Shown piece by piece: positions 43,886-56,300 of a stretch of DNA of 64,000 nt (its first letter is position 1; every line of letters begins with the position of its first letter). The notes under the pieces were generated by a model. The model made no database searches. It was not told the origin of the DNA and worked only from the letters and a program-made list of their open reading frames with translations. The translations under genes and the position numbers were made by a program. This DNA comes from Phoronis australis (lineage: Eukaryota; Animalia; Phoronida): assembly GCA_002633005.1 (NCBI GenBank), contig NMRA01000085.1:124001-188000 (forward strand), written 5' to 3'.

Positions 43886-45679
43886 GTTCATTGTTATAGC
43901 CCCCGGAAAGTGCCGTTTTGTTCATTACAAGCTCCCTGACATTCATGGCCTTGGCAATATAAAATCTTTGGTTGATTATTCAGCAATTTTGCCCAGTTGA
44001 GAAAAATTTTAGTTTTGAAAATGTACGAAACAATGTTTCTTGACATATTAAAAAATTTAATTGAAACGGACAAATTTAGACTTTTGTTTCTTAGGTGCCC
44101 ACGACTTGACCCAGAATTCAACTCGTTGAAATGTAATTGATTCCTAGGTACTTTTTGACAATATTTGTTTACAGTAGGCTTTTGGACATACCGTAAGTAC
44201 TCTTTATTTGACATGTGCCAGTGAATTCCACTATCACTGAACGCAATTAAAACTGCTGTATGCTTTACCGCTCTACCTGTAATCACTGAACATAGTCTCC
44301 TCGGACATTCCGTGATAAATCCCTTGGTCCACTGCTGCGTAACTGGTTGAGCACATGACATTACGAAGATAAAATTAATTTGTGGGGTGAAAGCACATGT
44401 TTGGCATTTCAACTACTATCAATTAGTCACTTCAATTATACCAGTAATGTATCAGTAACGCTAGGACCTAGCTAAAAAGCAAGACTTCTTGAGATTACTA
44501 GAGACATTGCCATGTATTTTAAAAACGAACCCGAGATTTTGGATAGATTTTCCTAGCCACAAAAACAGCTACTGATAGGTATTACTACACGACCACTGGT
44601 ATATGTCTTCTGATTGACTGAAGTGTTACGATATGTTAGCAGTGTACTAGTAATACTGATCAACTAAGTGCGTAATATCGCTTTTCATTCAAACTACCCA
44701 GACATCTGGTGTTGCTTTTCAGGATATGACCAAACAAACACTCTAAAAATTATAAACCCTGACCATGAAGAGAACAGACAATGTCAACATCAAAGCCGCA
44801 AAAAACGAAAGATGCACCAGTGGTTGTGTAATAAAACAAACATAGGCCGACTCCTTGACCATGTGACATCATGTGAACACTATTGACTTTGGGGAGACTG
44901 GCATCCAAAGAAGACTGACCACTGTCGGCCCATCTTACATGGTTACTTAAGCAGACATCCATAAAAACTAACAACAGCTTGTTAGAACAACAAGCAGTCC
45001 TCATTAGCACTGTTTCATTAACATACACGGTCACCATGACGATTCTTTTCTGCCCAAAATGTAAAAACTCAACCTGTACTAAAATTGTTGCAATACTGTA
45101 AAATCTCATAACGTAGCATTTTTGGCACAAAGCCAACTGATTAAGACACTGCCTCGTGATCAAGTACACACACCTTCTCTTTCTGAGCTAGTCCTGTATA
45201 GTGAATGTCTTATGTTGTCGGCATCGGCATGATTCTTATCAAAATTTCAACAGCGTTAGGTCTGTGGCACGACTGCTCGAGACCAGGCAGTAGAAGTTGG
45301 CTCATCACGATGTGTCATTTCAAGCGCTGTGCACAGACTCATCAAAGAAATTACCTCTCTGAACAAGAAAGACATTGACAGCCATTTTGTAGTGGCACAC
45401 GGTTGGCTTAAAATCAAACAAAACTTTCATGCATGAATTTAATTGTATGTTTTACATTTTTGTCTACCTAATCAAGATGGCTAATAGAGATTATTACAGG
45501 AGGACCACTTCATTCAAGCTAGAGACAACAGAATAACAAAACACCTACATCTAACCTATAGTTAACTTCTACAACTCAACTAATCATAGTGCTTGTGCTT
45601 TACTCTATCAGTTTAACAATAAACATCTTACTTATTACAGGCATTAATCATCTTATGGTAATGGTAAATCAACTAAATT

Positions 45680-45900
45680 CGATACAGCTACACTATCAAA
45701 ACAGCTGACTGGATAGAAAGATATACTATCAAAGTATCTGCTTGGACAGAGATATACTGTCAAAGTATCTGATTGGACAGAGATATACTGTCAAAGTATC
45801 TGATTGGACAGAGATATACTGTCAAAGTATCTGATTGGACAGAGATATACTATCAAAGTAGCTGATTGGATAGAGAGATGTACCATAAAAGTAGCTGATA
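45680..45900. repeat. 31-bp minisatellite (GATTGGACAGAGATATACTGTCAAAGTATCT), about 6-7 copies, just downstream of the zinc-finger stop
   Basis: atatact anchors at 45721, 45752, 45783, 45814, 45845. Confidence 0.92.
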
Positions 45901-45949
45901 GGGCACGGCAGGACTGTCAATGCATCCAACTGTACAATGGAGCTGTAAC

Positions 45950-47791
45950 TCACTCCGTGCACTCGTTGGTCTCGTACGTCGAGGTGAGTCCATCCGACTG
46001 GACAAGACTGTGTTGGCGACGTAAATGATTAGACAGCGCTGAACTGGAGAATAGCTCGTGGCCGCAGATGTTACATTTGAACCGCTTGGAGCGAGTGTGC
46101 TTAGCATTGATGTGGGTTTGTAAACTGGTTTTGTTACGCAGCACGAAGCCACAGATGTGACAGGGGAATAGAGTGACACCTTCTGGACTGTGTGGGAATG
46201 ATTTCCTACTGCCCTGTAGCAAGACTGGCTTGCCCCCTAAACGGACTGCCTGCTGATTGGACGTTAGCACAGAGCGCTTCAAGCGTGCCGTTCGTGACGG
46301 ACTTGAGGCGTCCATCATTTCCTCAACGGACGGAGGTCGCTGAGGCTGAGTGACGTTTGTCCCAGTAACACCCTCATCATCGTCACCATCACCTGCAGAC
46401 AACGCGTCCCCATCCTGCACTTCTTCTACCACTGGTGCATTAAATAGTGCCAGATCACAGCACTCCTCCACCCCATGTACAGGCTCGGACTTCACTCCAG
46501 CGTTGGGTACATCCGCTCGCTCAGCACCACTCTTGTCATGTGACTCAACATCTGGCAATTGCCAGAAAGAGTCATCTTGTGAACAATTTTTAACGGAAGT
46601 AATTTTCAACATCGACGGTTTGACATCTTCTCCAATCTCTTTGCTATCAATTCCTTCTATTTTCACTTCATTCTCATGTTTTAAATCATTGGCACCAGAA
46701 ATAGATTTATTTGCAAACATTTTCTTACCGTCTTCCATTTTTACCTCCGACTTAACACTGGTAATACTCAGGTTGCAAACTGACGACTGAGACGCCTGTG
46801 TGGATGCATTCTCATGATTAGACAGCTCTCCCAGACTGTCCGTTTTCTCATCTATAGAGTTCACCATTTGTGCCTCTACTAACTCCTCATCTGTAGAACA
46901 CGCTGGCTCCAGATCAAACTCTTCAACCGCTGTCAAAGTCAACGACTTATCGCTGTCCGACACCACGTCCTCAGATCGCTTCTCCGTTACGCCGCCATTG
47001 GACGACTCACTGGGAACTATTTCAACTTTATCCTCCTCATCGTCATCGTCTGACAGAATCACCTCATCAGGCTGCTGAACAATCGCTGGGGAGTCCACCG
47101 GGGGCGCTGATGACAACCTTGGCTTTTTGCTGCTGGGAGACGAAGATGGGTTCGTTCTTTGGTGTTGTTTCTGCCTCTGCATCTGCTGTTGATGTTGATG
47201 CAACATAATGTTCCTAGCCACCATGGCGTTCTGTGGAGATTGGCTGCTGGAAGGTGACCGGGCAGCTGCCTGACCGGGAGAGCGGCCGCTACCCCTTGCC
47301 TGCTGCGGTGTCCACGGTGACCTGTTTACGCCATTGGTTGCCACTGGACTGCGCTGGGAAGGGGGTGTTGATTGCATGATGTTGCCCATCTGTGTGATGC
47401 GAGCGGCACCGTCTTGCATTCGTTGCATCATGCTGGGACTAATCACAACACCAGGGGGCGGTGTCATATTGTTCACTGTGTTCACTGGTGGTATGGTTGG
47501 TGGACGTCCACGCTTTCGCGGGGTCTGCTGCCTCTGTACTGGCTGGGGACTTGAAACCAGGTTTTGTAAACCAGTGGGCATCATAGGGGCCTGGTTGTTG
47601 TGCACGGCGTCTGCGGACTTGTGAATGATCTCGTCAATCATGAATGCGCAAACTTTCTCGCCGTCTGAGTAAATGTGTAGACTACCAGCTATCTCGAGCG
47701 AAGTCTCGAAGTCAACGTTGACATCGAGGAATGATGTGATTATCTTGGTGACCAGTTTGGGAAGGTTGGTACAGTGTACCTTGGATGCCAT
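45950..47791 (-). CDS. 613-aa nuclear protein: unassigned N-terminal domain, AT-hook, Q/S/P-rich and acidic regions, two C-terminal C2H2 zinc fingers
   Basis: Single long ORF containing PRKRGRPP (AT-hook), FPCHICGFVLRNKTSLQTHINAKH and FKCNICGHELFSSSALSNHLRRQH. A minus-strand tttgcag acceptor at 47814-47820 lies 22 nt upstream of the ATG. Confidence 0.9.
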   Translation of the reverse strand: MASKVHCTNLPKLVTKIITSFLDVNVDFETSLEIAGSLHIYSDGEKVCAFMIDEIIHKSADAVHNNQAPMMPTGLQNLVSSPQPVQRQQTPRKRGRPPTIPPVNTVNNMTPPPGVVISPSMMQRMQDGAARITQMGNIMQSTPPSQRSPVATNGVNRSPWTPQQARGSGRSPGQAAARSPSSSQSPQNAMVARNIMLHQHQQQMQRQKQHQRTNPSSSPSSKKPRLSSAPPVDSPAIVQQPDEVILSDDDDEEDKVEIVPSESSNGGVTEKRSEDVVSDSDKSLTLTAVEEFDLEPACSTDEELVEAQMVNSIDEKTDSLGELSNHENASTQASQSSVCNLSITSVKSEVKMEDGKKMFANKSISGANDLKHENEVKIEGIDSKEIGEDVKPSMLKITSVKNCSQDDSFWQLPDVESHDKSGAERADVPNAGVKSEPVHGVEECCDLALFNAPVVEEVQDGDALSAGDGDDDEGVTGTNVTQPQRPPSVEEMMDASSPSRTARLKRSVLTSNQQAVRLGGKPVLLQGSRKSFPHSPEGVTLFPCHICGFVLRNKTSLQTHINAKHTRSKRFKCNICGHELFSSSALSNHLRRQHSLVQSDGLTSTYETNECTE

Positions 47792-48389
47792 CTTTCGTTG
47801 TCACGGTTACAGTCTGCAAATGAATGATAGGCATTTTCAAAACATAATGTTAACACTGCCTTCAAAAAGAATTTGTTGAAAGCACAACAATGTTCAGGAC
47901 TAATAAATTTCAATGATATTCATATGAGCTGTCTGCATCTTTGACAGTCTTTCACAGTGCAACCATAAAGTAGACAGCCAAATCTATATTATGAGATTGC
48001 TCTTGTCTCAGCATCAGGCAGAAATAAAATGACACAAGGTTACACAAATACGTGATGAATATGTGGTCATGACCCACACATGCAAGCCAATAGCAGAGCT
48101 GAAATATACACATACTAGGAAAACAGAGCCAGTGTGCAGTGTACCCTTGTGAGCTGCTCATTCAAAACAAGTTTTTTGAAAATAATGATCAAAGACTACA
48201 TGGTCTAATAATTTTACGGCCATGGCAATGTAGAAACTGGTCTTGTACTGAACCACAGCATATGTATGAATGGACGCTGGGAAAGAGACCATGCCATGTG
48301 ACTGATGTGACATTCCTTATGGGTATAACAAATGATTACAATCATCCAAAGGACAAGCGAATTCATGAACAGCGTTCCTGCTGACCAAC

Positions 48390-48832
48390 CAGGGCTATAA
48401 GCGAGTAAACGCTAGAAAATACGAGCAGAAAAAGTAAAATACGAGCGGAAATTTGACTTCCCTCGTATAGGCGCCAAGAAGACATTCTTGCTTTTTCTTG
48501 GTGGCCATAATTGCTGACAACCAACTGTAAACCCGGCGATTATGTTCAATGCATGAGAGGCTGTGGGAGAGTTTAGACCAAATAAGTGTTAATTTCACGA
48601 ACTCGGCCATTCTGCAGAAGACGCTAACAAGACGCTGCTGTGTGAATTGCGAGTGAAAGGTCAAAGAGTGGAAAAAAGTAAATTAGGAATAGAAAATTGG
48701 CTTCATTCGCACAGGTGCCAGAGCAGATATTTTTTTAGTCGCTATATTCCATAAGGCTAAATGTGGGAATACGAATGACAAATATGCCACCCCTCATATT
48801 TTCAAGCAGGCAAATGCCTGTGTCGAGCGCTG
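48390..48832. mobile_element. Non-autonomous DNA transposon with CAGGGCT/AGCGCTG ends and near 5-bp TSD (ccaac/ccaat)
   Basis: Imperfect TIR, flanking 5-mers match 4/5, and the internal sequence is shared with 31962. Confidence 0.5.
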
Positions 48833-49885
48833 CCAATGGTCGCAACTTGTGTTTAATTTTTTTCATCAGATTACACGACTTGACATTCTGATCACCTACA
48901 AGGTACATTATGATTATCTTTGGATTTTAGAACTTTGAAATATTCTCGTACAATTATTTTACTAATGCATTCATCACAAAGACAATCACTCCAGACGTTC
49001 AATCTTTACAAAACAGTCTTGCTGGTACGGGGGTTGGATTCAGACAAAATAATTAGTATTCAACTATTAACAAGTACTTGTTTTATGTCTAACATTTCAA
49101 CATAAAATGCGTCATCCAGAACAGTGTCCCTAATGCTGTTCAAACTCAGACCTTTACATTAACTAGTACGTATATAAACAATGGCAACGTGTCCCCACTG
49201 TGCAACGTCCAGGTTCCCCAATCGCTGAAAACAACATTTGCATGCAGCACCTCTTGACCGCATAATGCGTGCAATCCTAGTGAACCAGTGTTCACGACAA
49301 ATGTACCCAAATGCCACGTGCAGTTTGTTATGGCAAGCCCTGTTTATGTTGGGATTTTGATTTTTTATTTTTGTGTAAAATTGCAGTGAAAAAAAATATT
49401 AAAACAATGTACATATTTACTGCACTATTGTTTTTTTCTCTAAGAATATTACAAACATTCTTCCTATAACATGGGCGGTGGGTAGGCTATAGCCCCCCAG
49501 CCCCCTATGGTGCACCACCCATATATAAAAAAATTCAACTTGGGGAAAATTTTGTTCTATAATGTACATTCATTAGGACAGGCCATTGAAAGGGAGATAA
49601 CTATTGATGATAGATCGGTAGTGTTCTATATCCAATCTATCTTAGACAAGTAACTGTTTCTACACGCTTAGTAGCCTATACTTTATTCCACCAGTCAACA
49701 AGTAAGCCGGTTAGTCATTCCCATTACAGGGTCATCGCCTGTACCCTTGCCTGCGGTCTCCACAGCCCACGCTATGTAAGGAATTGCCTTGTAGGTGCAA
49801 GTTGTGGCCAGCACTTTCAATCCATGTGACATTTCAGAAATTTATTAAAAACGAACAAAGGCAACGGACTAAAGGCAACACTTAC

Positions 49886-50240
49886 CAACTGTATTGTTAC
49901 TTGCAATAACACCAGCCAACAACAATCTGAAGCATGCGAATGTTGCACCTATTACATAAAACGAAAATTCAGAAATCCCAGGCACCAAATCAAAGAAGCT
50001 TTGAAGTCGAAAACGATCATGAATTTCCCTTTAAACGGAAGCGAGTCTTATACATTTTTAATAAAAAAAATAACACTTTAACTTCTATTTTTACAAACAT
50101 TATCTTGTTTCTTCGTCTCAAGAATTTATTAGGCTGTTCCTAAAATTCATAGCCCGACGTCAGGTAAATATAGTGATACTAACTCTTGTTTGATCATTTT
50201 CATTAACTGTGATAGACCTAATGCAAATTTACAAGAGAAA
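49886..50240. promoter_or_regulatory. Putative bidirectional promoter for CDC73 and the zinc-finger gene, including a candidate non-coding first exon of the latter
   Basis: Minus-strand G|GTAAGT donor at 49880-49886, about 355 nt from the CDC73 ATG. A YY1-like AAAATGGCGG overlaps the CDC73 start. Confidence 0.5.
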
Positions 50241-50371
50241 ATGGCGGACGTGTTGAGTGTTTTACGTCAGTTCAACATCAACAAAAAAGACATAGTAGAG
50301 AAGGACGATTGGGTTATCTTTGGCGAATTTGCGTGGCCGAAGACTGCAAGAACAAATTATCTTCAGTACGG
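50241..50371 (+). CDS. CDC73: CDC73 exon 1
   Basis: ATG at 50241; GG|gtaaga donor. Confidence 0.95.
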
Positions 50372-53300
50372 GTAAGAACAAATGTTTTCGTTATTTTAAG
50401 GGTAATTAATTGGTTTGGCGTGAAGTGTATGTGCAAATCAACAAGAACTCTGACGGTCTGACCACAGTCGCTAGCCCCAGTAGAGGCAGTGAAACTCCAA
50501 AAGTAGCTTCATACGCTGGAAGCTTTTCAGAAAATTATTCCTCATACTGATTGAAACATCAAAGCCACATTGTTAATAATAACTTTTGCGCAAATACAAA
50601 TATTCCCGCAATCAAACTTTTCTTCGAGCAGTCCTTCGTTAACTTCTCCAAATCGGCAGCTGGTCAGTTTTACACTGCACGGCTCCTATTTTTACCGCTA
50701 TCAAAACTTTACTTTATGCCTTAAAAATGCTGTTGGGAATTTTTTGATCACTCACTTATTTCAAGTTTTATGCCAAATTAACTTGCAAAACACAAGGCAG
50801 TTTTGTCAAAAAGCAGCAGTTATTTTGCCACGACTTTACCTTTCTTGCACATGAAAATTTGACTTAAAAACATGGTCACACGACAATAATACAGACTCAC
50901 TAGTAAGAATCATATTTTTAGAATCCTCGATCTTTCTCCTTTCAGAATATACATACTTTTAATGGTTGACAAAGCATAGTTTTGTCGATATTTGACTTTA
51001 AAGTTAAGGTTGTTTATTAAGATCCTAGATAACCTTAAGTGGATTAAATCATAAGTTTCAATATAGTTTTAATTGATTTTTTGGGCACTAATCATTTACT
51101 GGGGTTTTTGCCCGTTATTAAGTGGGGAAACTGTTTCTCAAAATGCGTGACCTCAGTGAGTGACTATTGCTGATGTTTGTATGCGCTTGACTGTGCCATT
51201 TATGTTTACAGCACAGGGAAAGATGGCCTGTCTAAGGAGTACTACACGTTGGACTGTATTCTATTCCTGTTGCGAAATGTTCAACTTAACCACCCTCTGT
51301 ACGTCCGTGCTGCTGCGGTGAGTATGTTTATGCTAGCTCTTAATGTTTCAGGTAAGTATGCTAGGGACCGAATGTAGTTATGATATCCTCTGATGTCAGC
51401 ACATAAGATGTGCACTGCGAATGTCGGCGTGGGTTTTGGAATGGAAGAAATGGTAGCTGCGAATGAAATGGGTCCAGTGGACTGACAAAACCGGTCCTTG
51501 TAGCTGCAGATGAAATTCGCCCAAAGTTTCAGTAATATTTAGAACAGTTAGAGTGGATATCACTATAGTAGCTTTTACTGTTTGGTGATTTGACCACAGC
51601 ACAATTGAGCACTCCGCTGTTACAATGAATGTTCACCAATGTTCGACTCACACTAGAAGTGAAACTTGGGGGATTTCAGCTTTTTATCTCTTCCGTAAAG
51701 AGCAGCCAGGACTATAATTGACGATTTCAAACTTTGTACTGGAGCCGTCCTTGTACAGTGCGAGACAAAAGTAATCCGCTAACATACCGTTTTCCGTCTC
51801 GTGATGGTTAGTTCTGTTAACAGCGAAAATTGCTGGTAATAACTATTAGCGTGGCAAAAATTCTGATCACAAAATGACTTGTCCACATTTCTGTTTTGTG
51901 GTTCTGAAATGTGATTGTGTTTTGTATATTCAGGCGGCCAATGTGCCAGTTGTGAGACGACCTGACAGAAAGGACCTGCTGAGTTACCTGAATGGAGACA
52001 TTGCGGCATCATCAAGTATTGACAAGAGTGCTCCCCTCGAGCTCTCTGTGCAGAGACCTGAGCAAGGTGAATTGGCTTGTAACAATGAAAGGAAGCATGA
52101 ACTAGTGCTTGCCTTCATTCACAGCGTAATTTGATTGACACTGGGTTACTGTAGGAATGTGGGATTGAGTCACATGACAAGAACAAAAAGGCTTTAAGAG
52201 TTAACACTCGGGGTCGCCTCTTCAGTTTTGGGCACTGAAACTCTTCACCTTTTGTTGATTTGAAACGGGAGAATTTTCATAAAATCATTTTCTAAGAATT
52301 TTGTCTGCGTTGGTTGTATTTCCAAGTAACCCATTTCTTTAAATCTTACCAACATGACCCTTCACAGCCTGGTGTGTCAGAACGCTATCTGTGGTAATAT
52401 GTCTGTATCATGTTGAAACATAATGTGTGGGAATAGTCTTAAACATCATCATCAAAAGTTAAAATTGCTGTAAGTACCAGTTGGTGTGTCAGAACGCTAT
52501 CTGTGGTAATATGTCTGTATCATGTTGAAACATAATGTGTGGGAATAGTCTTAAACATCATCATCAAAAGTTAAAATTGCTGTAAGTACCAGTTGGTGTG
52601 TCAGAACGCTATCTGTGGTAATATATCTGTATCATGTTGAACCATAATTCATCTTCATATCTATGTTATTGCTAATACAGGGGATTTACTAATGCCTTAG
52701 GTTGTATAGCTTACATATAGTCTATTTCTTCAACCTTTTGAACTAGTACTGTTTATCCTAGTATACACTTTCTTTACGCAGTCACCATTTAAAGTGGGCC
52801 TCTTTTTAGGTTTTAAAAACAATACATTCTGCGCTTAATTACAGCGCAAAGCGTGATTTTTTTCGCATGCCTTGTCATATTTATGTCTCAAGTGCATTGT
52901 TTTTAAACCCAAAAAGAGGCTTACTACTGAAATGGCGACTGCGTGAATAGGGTGTATAGCCAGTTTGCTTTCTTTGTCTATGTATGTCACGTGACATTTC
53001 AGTCAAGCGGACCGCAGATGACACGACGTCAGAGAGTGACAAAAAGAAGCCTCGTTTGGAGACAGAGCAGGTGCAGCGAGACAAAGAACGACTGGCGGCC
53101 AAACTTGACGCTCGCAAGAGTACATCGCTTATACCCGACACCATCAAGTAGGTCACGTGATAATAATACAGGTTATCCATTCAGCATGCAAAACTTCAAA
53201 AAACCTGGAAACTGACAATTAGCATACAGGGTGTCCCAAAATGTGTACTCACACTTCAGGCGTGAGATCACATTCAACTTCCATGGTTTGTCTTGCTATG

Positions 53301-56300
53301 ATAGTTGGTGAGTGGGATGTCACGCTCTGTATTAACACGGATTGCATATGACTTGATTTTGGAGCACGAAAATTCATCGTGTAATGCTACTAGAAAGTAA
53401 AAAACATCAAGTGCAAACACAATTAATCTTTTTTTCCAAATCAATAAGCAATACATTTATTTTGGTTTAAAGTCACAATTATTTCCTTTTGGTGAATTAA
53501 AATAAGTAGCATTGTTCCTAAGTCTACTGTCATTTGAAGATTTGAAGTGTTAATACATTTTTGGGACACCCTGTATTTTCAGAGTATGGGAAAATCAGAA
53601 AATGAAAAAGATGTAAACTCATGGAAACTTCAAAATTGGAATAATAATTTTGCGATTTATAACGCGAGTTCATGCATTCAGTTGTGCCTGAGAACAATCA
53701 CGGTATTAGGCAGCATTTGAAGTGTAGACTGTGTGCTACAAGCGACGGCCTCCATATCATTTGCAATGCTATAATCCAGACACATACAAGCATTTAGTTT
53801 AATGGTGTTAGATATATTTTATCATGGTCTGTTTGCACATCTTTGATGATCTTCATCTGATGTCTGTACATGTTGACTTTCTGTTGATTTTGCCGCCGCC
53901 AAATTATTAGCCACCTCCCAGAGCAACAAATTAAAATAAAAAAAGGCAAAGGTAAAGAAAAAGGCACAAAATGGGCTCGTGATGCACAGAAAATATGAAA
54001 TTTAGACCCCAAAATACAGTCTCGCCTTCCCAAGCATACGCAAATGAAAAGGAAAATGTCAAAAACAGGCTCGGGATGCATGGGAGTGGCACCAAATATC
54101 AAATATAGCAACAACTAATATTCAACGAAACACAAGTGGAAACGAGGCCCATCTACCAAATTGTTCATATTCACAGTTTCAGAAATGACATGTTTCCATT
54201 TGAAAATACTATAACATCTCCTTGCTAGAAAGTTCAATTGAAGGAGTAAGGTTTCTAATTCTTTGGTTTTAAATGTAATAGTTTCCCAAACACATTGGTC
54301 AAAATCTTGATACAGTTGTCTGTGTTTGAAAGAATGGGACTTTCCATTGTGTAACTGCTCCCGTGGCAGCGCCATCTATCACTTGCTTTGCCTTGTAGAA
54401 CGTCCTCCCTGTCTGTGGCTATTTCTGTGGAAAATATTGCAGCGTTATCTATCACTTGCTTTGCGTTGTAGAACTTCCTCCCTGTCTGAGGCTATGTCTG
54501 TGGAAAATATTGCAGCGCTATCTATCACTTGCTTTACCTTGTAGAACTTCCTCCCTGTCTGAGGCTATGTCTGTGGAAAAGATTGCTGCTATAAAGGCCA
54601 AGCGTATGGCTATCAAACGAGCAACCATCAAGGGAGCCGACGATGTGGAGAAGGGAATGCTAGAACAGAGAAGCTTCGTGGATGCAGAGGTGGATGTGAC
54701 TAGGGATATAGTGAGTCGGGAGAGGCTGTGGCGAACACGTACGACGATATTACAGAGTGCTGGCAAGGTGAGAGGGCAGGGGGTAGATGAAGGGCGATAT
54801 GGTGTGCCTGGAGAGAATATCACAGACATACACCACAATATTACAGGGTGCTGGCCAAACACTCACCATGATAGTCAGGAGTTCTGGCATATTACAGTAC
54901 GTGGGTAGGGATTGATTTAGATATTAGGTACTGTGATCCAGGAGAGACTGTGGGCGACACTTGTTTAAGACTGTTGACAAACAATCAATGACCTTTGAAC
55001 TTCATGTTTCGATTAATTTATGCTTTTCTCTTCCAGCAATTTGCCAAAAATGTATTTGGTATCCTACAGTCCATACGAGCTCGTGAGGAGGGTCGTGACA
55101 CTCGACCTCATCATGCCCCCAACACCCCTGTCACGGTGAGTTGTCTAGCTGTTTGTACTGTTCGCTGGCCTGTCGTCTTCAAGTCTCATTGTCTGAGGCA
55201 GTTGTGGTTGTTTAACTCTCAAAACCAGACATAAACACTGTACTCTCAAAACCAGACAAATACTGCACCAGCTGCTCATCCTTGTCGACAAAAGTGCTAA
55301 TGCAATAGACAAAACGCGGTGTTTCCCCTGGGCAGAATAATTCACAATGTCTTTTGTAAACTCAGACACGATAAAATGAATGAAGCAGAAATCTTACTGT
55401 TTCTTACTTTATTAGCAAGCCCTGGCACTTTCCATTTTAGAAAATTCGTATCGAGGTCGTTGCCTGGTCCTCGGCTTTATTAAGTATATATGCATTGTCA
55501 AATAACCAAGCAGAAACGAGGTACGAAAGGGGGTTGGGGATTGAATGATTGTGTTTAACGGGGGCACAATTCAAGATCCCATTGTAAAATTGTTATTTTC
55601 CATTTCGATTCACAAACGGCGAAAGGTGCCGCGTGACTTGTACATATTCATTATTGCTAGCAATCATTTTTACTAGCGATCATTTTTACTAGCGATCATT
55701 TTTACTAGCGATCATATTTACTAGCGATTTTTGTGTGGTGGTGAAGTTTCCCCGTCACGATTAGGTGTGTGGCGGTCAATTTGAGTATGATTTACGAGTG
55801 GCGGGGCCAAAACGGAGCGTGGCGGGCCGCCCAGAAGTTTACACGCAGGGGAAACCCTGAAACGTTTAGTGTTCAGGGTGGGAACCAGCCTGTTACCTTA
55901 CCTGTGTAGCTTGGCTCACTCAGTAATATACATTATTGTAATTCATTCTTCTGAAGTCTATAAAATACTTCTGAACTTGGTAATGAACTGGGTCTTAGCT
56001 GCAAATCGCGATATTGCTGCATTGGTCCAACCTGTTGAATTTCCAGGTCCAGCCCAAGCCCGTATCAAACATACCCTATAACAGATACAACCAGGAACAG
56101 TTCCCCACCAAAGAAGGTAAGTAGCTGTGTGCCAGCAGTTAAACGACAAGAATTAGATACCAAGTGACCGGTTTCAAGTATTTTGTATTGCATAGCAAAA
56201 GGTGCAAGCTAATATCTTTAAAAATGACTGGTCTGTTTAGCAAGCGGCGAAAATGATTCCATGGCCGCGTACCTAAATTCCAGGTATGACCCCTGTTCCA

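Noticed and set aside
43894-44412. 172-aa minus-strand ORF starting with CxxC, considered as an alternative zinc-finger exon (lola/mod(mdg4)-style)
   Set aside because: No HxxxH pair, non-coding-like composition and no domain signal.
46350-47624. Plus-strand ORFs of 146, 96 and 60 aa
   Set aside because: Antisense shadows of the zinc-finger CDS.
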